A stretch of DNA of 64,000 bases from NCBI GenBank assembly GCA_002189035.1, contig CM007992.1, forward strand, positions 1,674,001-1,738,000, read 5' to 3'. The notes beneath the pieces are model-generated. The model had not been told where the DNA came from. It made no database searches and worked only from the letters and a program-made list of their open reading frames with translations. Shown here in pieces: positions 54,540-64,000 of the stretch. The translations under genes and the position numbers were made by a program. How positions within the stretch are numbered: position 1 is the first letter of the stretch; every line of letters begins with the position of its first letter. This stretch comes from Utricularia gibba (taxonomy: Eukaryota; Plantae; Magnoliophyta).

Positions 54540-55560
54540 TGTGTCATTTTTATATAATTGTTATATATTATTTTATGTTAAATTAGAATTAAGTCGTTCA
54601 AATTAGGAGTTATATTAATAAATATTTTATTTTATTAAGAAAATCCAATTATTGTTATTCGTGCATATTTTTATTATCTTTTTCATATATTTTTATTCAT
54701 GGTGGTAGTAGTCAGTTTTGAAGTATTGCAAGAGATCAAATACTGACATTTCGAGACTTGCACATGATTTGGAGCAATTGTAAGTGAAATAATGACACTA
54801 GTCAGGACTCATGATTTACGACATATCAAAACCAAGTGCACATGCAAAACAGAAAGATTGATGGAGAGGGAACAATGGAAGTTGATGCACTTGTGGGAAT
54901 GAACTAAAGAACACTTGGATTACTTTGAATGTGACTTTTCACACTTTGTTTATGGCACTTGAACTTGTTCTTTTCTCTCTATCAAAGAGAGAAAGAATAC
55001 TTTAGCTTTTTGTTCTCATGATCTTTCATGGTTAAACGTTTTTAGTTTCTAAAAATAGATGAAGTTTCCTTTTATGTCTTGAGCATCAATCTTTATTCTT
55101 TACTGAATTTCTTCTGGATTTCATATATTTCCATGCATCATGTTACAATCTTTCTGTAACGTCTTCTAATCACGGTCCATGAGTAGCATACCATTTCTCA
55201 TGGATTTTGGTAAAGAGAAGGTGAAGAACACCATCTCCAATCCTATTGGTTTGAGGGAGATAACGAATTGTCTATGATCGGGATATCGCAATAATGGATG
55301 AGTAATGACCTTGTAGCCACCATTAGTCATTGGTAAGAGCTAGACACACACATGGAATTAGGTTTTGAGAGCAATCAATGACAATCCTCTTATCCATTCA
55401 ATCGTTCAAGGGAGGATCATATAAAGCTATTCTCATGGCTCCTTGTCAATGAAAGAGAGCATAGATTATTCTTTACTCCTATAATTAATTATTCGGAAGG
55501 AATCAATGAAAGTCAAAGTAAGGATAGACAAAAGGAGGAAATGGAATCTCCTTCCCAAAA
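54540..55560 (+). mobile_element. Degenerate LTR (family C)
   Basis: Colinear with 46470-47640 and partly with 9061-10176. Ends approximate. Confidence 0.7.
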
Positions 55561-58500
55561 ATTGCTTCCCTTAGGCAATAAGAATTTCTCCAAGTTGTGC
55601 AATGGTATCATTTGTTTGCTTAGTGATTTCTTTCAACTCTCCCATTAAGGTATCAAGTTATGAACCTTGCCTCTTTCTTTTCGTCATAGACTTATTACTA
55701 ATAGTCGGTGCATATCGATTACCTATGTGATTTCTAGGAGTCCCTCATGATGATGGATGCTTCTCATATGTGGAAGATTTCTCATATGATGGAGTACCTC
55801 ATGATGATTTCTAGGAGTCGCTCATGATTTCTTTATTAGGTTTTCATTGCCTTTTAGTCTTATTGTTATCACCACTTCTACCGTATGTGCATTTCGTTGT
55901 TGGCATGTTCTCCCCAACCATTGTTACTTCAAACTCGTCAATAAACAATGAATCAAAAAACCATCATACACACCTACCTTGAAATCCTAGAACAACATAA
56001 CAACATTATGATCATGAAAGGGTCTCAATTGTCATCCAAAATCCTCATAAATCATTAGACACGATTAAATGCCATACGAACAACAAATGAAACAAACGTC
56101 CTAGATATTAGTCAAAAGCATCTACCTAATGCATCACCCAGCACGTTGTTCATCAATCGATCACTTTTGATCCCTCAATTACATGCGCCCGAGATCCACG
56201 ATGGTGCAACGCATATGCACAACTCTAGGGTTCAGAATCCCCAATCCCTGAAATTCATGTTCATTTTATATGGATTTAAAACAGGATAATATTGTAATTG
56301 TCTAATATAAAATAAGGATATATTAGATAATTCATATTGCTTATTGAGAAATATCTACACATAAACATTTCTAATAAACATTTAGAATGGGTAATCCCAG
56401 ATAATTGTAACCTATCTATCAAATACATACTTATTAATAAACCATTATTCAGGTATTAAAATAAATCATAGTAATCTAAACCATTTTAATTTACACAAAC
56501 GTGGCAAAGGGTCGTCTATCCGTCGGTTCCATGGGCTTATCCGTATCCGCGTCCGTGTTCTTACCAACCACGGAAATGAAGTGGAGGTGTTATTGCCTGA
56601 TCCAGAAGGCGAAAAACGACAAGTGTGTAGCGCAAGTGGGCAAGTTATAATTGTTTGACCTTTATTCTATTTGTGAATGCGATGAGCATGAATGAAATGA
56701 AATGACAAGGTCAATTCGAATTTGATAGAGGACAAATTAGAGAGCATTTGGCATCGCCCCTGGCTTGGCTTGCTAAATTCAGCAATTCATTGAATGGGAG
56801 CATGTCACATGACATGACATGCGGAATGGATCAACCACTAGACTTTACTTGTCCCACACGTTCTCAACACCGTGCTGCCTGCTGGCCGTGTACGGATGGG
56901 ATATTTGTGGGTCCGGTTCCGTCGCGTAGGATCAAATCCCATTAAATATTCAATTAATCCTTTCATACCTCAAAAACTATCAGACAATGGGTAATGGGTT
57001 TATACCTTACACTTCAGTTTCAAATATCAATTATATTTTATTTGGTTGAATTTCAAATAATACATTATTATTATCAACTTTAAATAACATATATTTACTC
57101 ATAAAAATAAATTATTTTTAATTAATTTTATATAACAATTATTTACATAAAAATAAAAAAATAAGTCATTCATATTCAAGTAACACAATTCCTTAGAGTG
57201 TGTTTAGTTTGTGTAGGATGTTAAACTGGGTTTAATTTATTTATGTTTGAATTAATATATTTTTGAGTATTTAAAAGTTTATTCATGTTTGATTCATACA
57301 TATAATTTATTTGATTTAAAATCAAAATACATAGTTATGTAAGTTTAAAAATATGATTTTATTGAATTTTGTGTAAAATTACTAACATACCTTCTAAATT
57401 AATTAAAATCAATTATCACATATTTAATTTAGTGTATTGTCTTATAAGTTCAACCAAGTATCTAACCAAAATCATGGTGTTTAGTTGAAGTAGTATCCGT
57501 TCATAAGTTCAATCAATTATCATATAATACAAATTATAATGCTTAGTTGAACTTGTATTCCTACGTAAGTTGTTTAAAAATGAAAATATCCAAAAGTTTT
57601 TAGTCAAATGCATATTAAATAATACCTTAAGAGATCGAATCATTGCATCCAAATAAATGCAGAAGTAACTTATAAATTCCATCAGTGCTAACTAACTACA
57701 CAAATAGTAACAAAAAAAGAACATATTAGAACCCAAACATAAAACCCTAATCAAAAGACAAACACGACAGCCCTAGAGCTTCCCAATGCGTGCGACCTAC
57801 ACATCTAGTGGATCTATTTTCAAAAAAGAGGTGTTAATGTCATGAATGACAAAATTGGAAGACACCGGCGCCGTGTTTACATATAAAGACCTTCCTCCCT
57901 CGGTTGATGTAAACAGGTGTGCACCAGTTCCCATATATGTTGTTTCACCCGTCTATAACCAAGTACCACATATGGGTTTATTGCTAAGTTCGCATTCAAA
58001 CGCATCTAAACTATCCAATCATTTATAGTCAACTTTTATCATTTAGATTTAGATCATTTATAGTCAACTGTTATAACTTGATATCCATATGGAAACCATT
58101 CATTATCGGATGTAGTAGTTTTTAAATTTATCATCCTCAGTCATCTCATCATTTCTAAACATAAAGCTTTTATCTTTCTCTTCTCCTAAGAATGGCCACC
58201 TACTGTCATCTTCTCTAATCTCCATTGATCTCATGTCAGTTCCCGTAATTCCTCTACTTATATCCTATTTTAGTCCCAAGGGGGCATCTCTAAGCCCACC
58301 AAACCAACTTTAATGGCCTTAATTCTTACCAAGCACTCATCCACATCCCAGGTATTTCTTTCGTGTCGTCCCTTTTAGGCTGCCGCTCGCTCTATCGTGC
58401 TCGAGGCCATTGACCTCTCGGGCATTAAATCACCCTCGAGCCTTCCATACTGCATCTCATCCATCCTGAGCTCCATCACCTCTCACCTTAGGTCATTCCC

Positions 58501-59295
58501 AAGCTCTTTTTTGTTTTTTTTTTTTCTCTTTTTGTTTGTGCTTGCATGTCAACAGGGGTGGTTCTTCTTTAGGGTAAGAATGAACCCTGTTTAAAATTTG
58601 GATTACTTTTTACCCCTTCCACCCACGCTGAATTTCAAAACTTAAAATTGAAGTTTAATATCCACCCTTGCCTGTCAACCCCAAGTTGAGCTTCAGTTCT
58701 AGAACCTTATAACTCTTTTGTTTTGTCTGTGGAATCATGATATTGTACAAGTGAACTTGCCAAAACATAGAAAAAACCTTGTTGAGTTGTTGAAAGCTTT
58801 TATTGAATTTCTACATTGTAGTCATTGCACATTTCACATTATTTGATAGATTCGTTTACATTTCTACAATGTTTATCTAATCTATTGAACATTAGGCGCT
58901 TTTGATAAATACATTCCATGATACACACATAATATATAAATATTTGCATAATCCTTTCATTTTATAACTATTTTATTAAATGTTTTTCATTTATTCTAAA
59001 TGTATTTATCAAGGTTAAGCATATATGTATAACATTGTAAACACATTTTCATTGATAGCTCTACGTAAATACATAATTAATTAAATAAGGTAACTTCTAA
59101 TGCCCATCATATTTTCGATTGGTGAACTAATTTTTATAATATTTTTATCTGTTGCTCAAACAAAAATGAAAAGACAAGATAATTTTCAAAATCCAGATTT
59201 TATTTCACTCCGACAAACTCGGCCAGACTAACAAATGCAATCAATACCGAAAAGGAGAATCCTCTACGCGTGTGATTCCTAGTGAGATGCAGACA

Positions 59296-60458
59296 TCACG
59301 AACTGGAAGACGGAGGAGGAGGGCCGCCTGGATCCGCCGGCGGGTTTCCTGAACGGCTTCCCGGTTCATGTGGGGTACTCGGTGCGGCAGGTGGATACAA
59401 CATTTGAAACTGAGGAAAGGCGGGCGCGGGCGCTCCAGTTGAAGAAGGTGAATTCGGTGTGTTGAGCGCTTGCTGTGAATGAAGTACACCGTAAGAAGAC
59501 AATGATCCATAAAGCATCTGCTGAAATGCATTCGGCGTCGGCAAGGATTGAAAATCGCCGCCGCTGCTCTGGAGAATCCGCGAGTACTCCAGGTAATCTC
59601 TTCCCGTGCTGTCGTGGAGGAGCGACGGAGGCGTGGCGGCGGGAAGCGGTGGCGTTGGGCTTATAGCCACTGGAGTTGGAGAAGGGTGTAAGGCTCTGGC
59701 CGTCTCTGGAAAATTGAGTTTGGCACGGCTTCCCCTGAACCGGAACGCCGCCGCGTCGTATGCTCTGGCAGCGTCCTCAGCCGTGCCGTATGTTCCTAGC
59801 CAAACTCTGGCGGCTTTCTGGGGATCCCTGATTTCCGCTGCCCATTTTCCCCATGGCCTCTGCCGAACTCCTCTATATTTTCTCCGCGTTCCCCCTGCGG
59901 AGCCACCTCCGGCGTTGGGACGATCATCGCTCGTACTCCCTAAATCTCCCTCTAAGAATAAACAAGAAACCAAATTTCTTATGTATCTGATTACTGAAAT
60001 GCGTATCCCCAATGAACAAAAATTTACATCAGTCAAGGAACAAAAGGATTGAGGGCACAGAGCACGAAGCAGAGACAGAGGTTTCTCGCAAGTCTGTTTT
60101 ATCCACTAACCAGAAGCTTCGGGTTGCTGGGTGCTTCGGCGGCGCTTTTGATTTGAAAACGGAATTGAACCCGAGCTCGAGCAAGAATAGGCAGAGGGAG
60201 AATCAAGGGGAGCAGTTGTACTCGTAACTCCGGTACTGGCCACAACGTGAGTGAGAGCCGACACCATCTCCGACGTCTCGCGGTGGTACCCTGGCCCAGA
60301 GAGCACCGTCATCGGCGCCACCACCGCAGAGAGAAGATAATCCTGCTGCTCTTCCTCCCCCTCACCCTCTGCATGCCTAACAATCCCTCATCAAAACCAC
60401 CCCCTCCCCCTACTCCCGTTCCCGTACTACTACTACTCGCCTCCTGCTCGCGAGGCAT
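59296..60458 (-). CDS. AP2/ERF transcription factor, group X (ABR1/ERF110/RAP2.6-like), 2 exons; start codon ambiguous (60458 with a frameshift, or 60312)
   Basis: Exon 2 59296-59951 carries the AP2 domain [60 protein letters not shown]; exon 1 (donor G|GTTAGT at 60110) carries the group-X motif [12 protein letters not shown]. Confidence 0.92.
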
Positions 60459-61138
60459 GGCGGTACTACCTTCTCCCTGTCTTCCCCTTCCCGCATCTCC
60501 CTGACCCCGCCTACTGTACCCGCCGCTCTCTCCCCTGTTCGCCACAATTGTCCAACCAAGGCGGCACTTCACAGGTCCCTCGTTTCTTTGAAATCCAAGA
60601 GAGCACGAAGAAGAGAAGGCAAAATTGGAAGGTTGGAGATGTGAATGGGACAATTGTCAACCGCCAACGAGCCGAGCCATCGTTTGAACAGTGTCCATGT
60701 GTCCCAATTTTATCAGATCCTGAAAGAACCAACCGACTTAAGAGGTCGAATGGAATAAAGAGCCAGCGCAGTCCATGCTGCTGACCGACCGACCTCTTCG
60801 TCAGGGAGAAGAGTACGAAAGAAGAAGAACACAACATGTTTGATTTGGATTCCTTCGGATTGTAATATTCCTTTCTTTTTATGTACGGTATGAAAAGTGC
60901 GTGCGCTGCTAGAATATTACATAACAAACCTTTTCTTTTCTTTTTTGCTTTGCGCCACTTTTCCAATGTGCCTCATTCAACAGGAAGAGCATTCAACGTG
61001 TTCTCACATATTCTCTGTCCAAGTCTACCATTTACAATCTAAATTGAATACCTTTTTCGAAATTTATTTTAAAACATGCATATAAATGTTTCCACTAAAA
61101 TTTATACAATGGTTCTTATTTTTGAAATTATGGATATA

Positions 61139-61141
<3 letters not shown>

Positions 61142-61178
<37 letters not shown>
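61142..61178. repeat. (AT)n microsatellite, ~18 units
   Basis: Directly visible. Confidence 0.97.
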
Positions 61179-61184
<6 letters not shown>

Positions 61185-61929
61185 TTGCTTAGTTTTGAGG
61201 TAAACCGGCTACAAAACCCCTGAATTTCAAACACGTGATTGGAATGAAGCAGGAGGGCGATCTCCCTTTTCCAAGTGCATATTCTCCATCAACTTATTAT
61301 TTACTTTTAAGTATTATATTTATGGTAATGGTGAGATTATTTTAAGATGCATCTGGAGTAATGACTAAGAGAGCGCTTGGTTTTTGTTTTTGAGGAGAAG
61401 AGATTTGTTTTTGAAGTAGGATGAAGTATACTTGTTCTCAAGCAATCTTGTCTAGGAAAAGAGAAAAATCTGTCGGAGTGTGTTATTGAAGAAGTCTTAT
61501 CCCTTATGAGTCTTGGAAGCCTCATTATTAAACTTTATATACAATATGAGTTATCAGCACTTTGTTATAGTTAAATTAAACAATGGATTCACGTGCGTAC
61601 GAATATTTTTCTTTAATTAACATAAATTGGATTTAGTTGAAATTGAAGCAAATTGTAGACTTCAAAGACTACAGGCACCGGGTGTGAATCTTGCCCCAAA
61701 AAGCCCATGTTGGACAGCACGCATGTTGGCCCCTTTCGTTTCAACTCGATCTGCAACTAACAAAATTTTTTAATCTTATGAGAAGTGAGGAGTCGCATCT
61801 CTTGGAAGTTGTTCATCTTTATAAAAGAATGTCTTCCTTGGGAGTAAATGATCAAAAGTATGACAGAAGTATTTTTAAGACATCAAATTATTCTACCTAT
61901 AATTTTGCTTTGTTATTCCTGTTTCATCC

Positions 61930-62380
61930 AACAAAGCAATTCTGGTCATAAGCACACTTTCGTTCCTCTCTCTCTTCGCACGTGAGAGAGTTGGAGGAGA
62001 GTAGATGTTGCATGCATTGGATTCTCGATTGGAGCTATCAAAAGAACTGGAGAAAGGAAAAGTCTGCTGATAAAAAATCACATCCGTAGATATGAAGGAT
62101 CGTAGTGTCTCAAGATTGTAGAGGCAACAATTCCCTGGAGTAAGTCTGCTCATAAAAAAACAGAGTTGGATTTGGATATATTGTTGATCATGAAAATTTA
62201 ACTCTTTTAGATAAGGAAAGGAACACTCATTTGTTAAATATTTAGTAAGCAAAGGAACACTCATTATAGAACCCATCCATCTGTCTGTTTGGGAAAAAAA
62301 TATTTTATTCCGTATCAAATCCCAAGTATTTGATTGGTTCGTAAGATAACCAAAATTATGATTGCAATACATAGTGTTGG
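61930..62380 (-). mobile_element. Ty1/copia remnant (region after integrase core)
   Basis: CCLYNLETLRSFISTDVIFYQQTFPF resembles the copia motif YxxYDLxTxxxxISRDVxFxExxFPF. Confidence 0.65.
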
Positions 62381-62966
62381 GTTATTTACATAAAAGGCTG
62401 GAGAAAATTGTAGAAAATGGGACAATTGTATCATATTTGTATTATGTAGCACGTTGGGATTATTTAGCTACTATGCTCAAGAAATCATAACCGTAAATGG
62501 ATTCAAGCACCTTGGAAAAATTGAAGCACCTAAAAGAGATAGTTATATAAGAACAATTATGTTATAGTTAAGTCGTATCGTTTCACATTTATTATGGCTT
62601 GAACCTTTTATGACAGATCCTAACAAGATGCACATGAAGCATATTTATTTTAATACCAAACGAGTAATACTGATCTACAATATGGATGGATCGGCAAGTG
62701 TTTGGATTTTTGTGATTATTTTTTAATTGAAATTACTGAATACCAAAAATTTATTATAAGGAATTCTATTTTTCTCTAAAACCATTATGATTGACACACA
62801 AAAGCCATAACTTGGGGTTTATCAAGTCCAATGTTCTGTGCTTTTGGAATTGATAAACTAAAATAAATAAATTTTTGTAAAAATTAGATTTTCATATTAA
62901 ATAAATTTATGAATTTAGTGCACATAATTTACAAGTCTAAATAACATGGATAGTTGCTTTCAAATT

Positions 62967-64000
62967 TGATGGTGATTCTACAAGTGTACATAAATAGTCG
63001 AAGTAATAAAATAAGATCGTATTCACATGAAATTGTTATTGAAATTTTCTTTTCAAACAAAGACTCAAAAAGACTCAAAACAAAAGAAAGATTTGGTTTT
63101 GAAAACAATAAGGAAAGTGACATTGGATCTAAGATCCACTTTACTTGAAACTCGTCCTTGCGTGTGTGCAAACCTTGAAGACTCACTTGCTTGCGCAAGC
63201 TCTAGGAGTGTTATTCTAAAGTAGTGCTACTCGGTGACCGTTATAGTACCGTCCCTTGTTTTGTGGGATTATGGAATCAACCATGCCACCAAAGCCATTT
63301 CACCTCTTGTGATAACTCATGTTTTCCCCACACTCAAATATAACCCCTATACCTCACACCTCGTAAACAGATTAGACAGAATGTGTCTTACCAACGATGT
63401 TCGATTGAGCCCTTCTCCTTAGGTGCTTGAGGCCAACCTTTGATTCTCTTACACTCCCTTCTGGTTATGTAAAGATCACGTTGGTAAAGAAAACGTTGCG
63501 AAAAACAGAATCAAACTTCAATTTAAATGTCGAAAAAAATAGTAAAACAGTCACACGGGCAGGACTTACGCAAGCAAGGCTTCACCGCAGATCCTCAGCC
63601 ACAAGCGCCTACACGCGCAGGCTTGACTCTAACATGAAAATAGACACGAAAATAGGAAAAGTACAAAGTAAAAGTGGTCAAAGACGTTTCTAATGGTTGA
63701 GAGGGTGGGGTATTTATAGGAGAGTCAATCCAAGTCTTCGTATTGAGCTTATTTGATGTGCTTGGATAAAATCTTCTATCCAAATCTTTTATTCAAATCT
63801 TCGAAGATCATCTTTATATCTCTATCGTATCCACGAATCTTGGACCAAATCTTCATCGGTTAACCGAGTCTTGGGTTGAGATTCGTGGTCCATCAAACCC
63901 ATAATTTGGTGGGTCTTGATTTTTCCTCAAATTGATCCAAAAGTACCTTAAAAATCCACAAAATACACTTTCTCTCTAAAAAGATAAAAATAGTGTGAAA
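62967..64000 (-). mobile_element. Athila-type LTR running off the window end
   Basis: Ends CACCATCA at 62967; 62967-63630 colinear with 12116-12785 and 43690-44359; 63630-64000 colinear with the arms at 34900-35280 and 36830-37090. Confidence 0.9.

Noticed and set aside
57846-58500. Small ORFs and moderately GC-rich patches downstream of the ERF (possible LINE remnant)
   Set aside because: Only a faint resemblance to a LINE zinc-knuckle region; not supportable.

Overview
Flowering-plant nuclear DNA with eight intron-containing or intronless protein-coding genes separated by heavily nested transposon debris. In order: a BAG6/CIP73-like ubiquitin-domain gene (-, 1394-6012), a ~15 kb TE cluster, a Zn-alcohol dehydrogenase-like gene (+), BSK1 (-), an LRR-XII non-RD receptor kinase (+), a CRP1-like chloroplast PPR gene (-), an uncharacterised CaaX-ending protein (+), a PMEI/invertase-inhibitor gene (+), a ~17 kb TE field, and a group-X AP2/ERF gene (-). 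TEs include Athila-like Ty3 elements and solo LTRs (two with 5-bp TSDs), Angela-like and other Ty1 remnants, hAT and PIF/Harbinger elements. Most notable: (i) a palindromic pair of LTR 5' halves flanked by a 4-bp duplication, (ii) an uncharacterised protein combining SILK-like, RVxF and CaaX motifs (candidate membrane-anchored PP1 regulator), (iii) BSK1 head-to-head with an LRR-XII immune-type receptor, with three GC-AG introns across the pair, (iv) an LTR > hAT > PIF triple nesting with both TSDs intact. Four host genes carry single-base frameshifts, mostly at short homopolymers, so assembly error must be excluded before calling pseudogenes. All calls are by eye and from remembered family motifs; no searches were run, and TE boundaries without TSDs are approximate.
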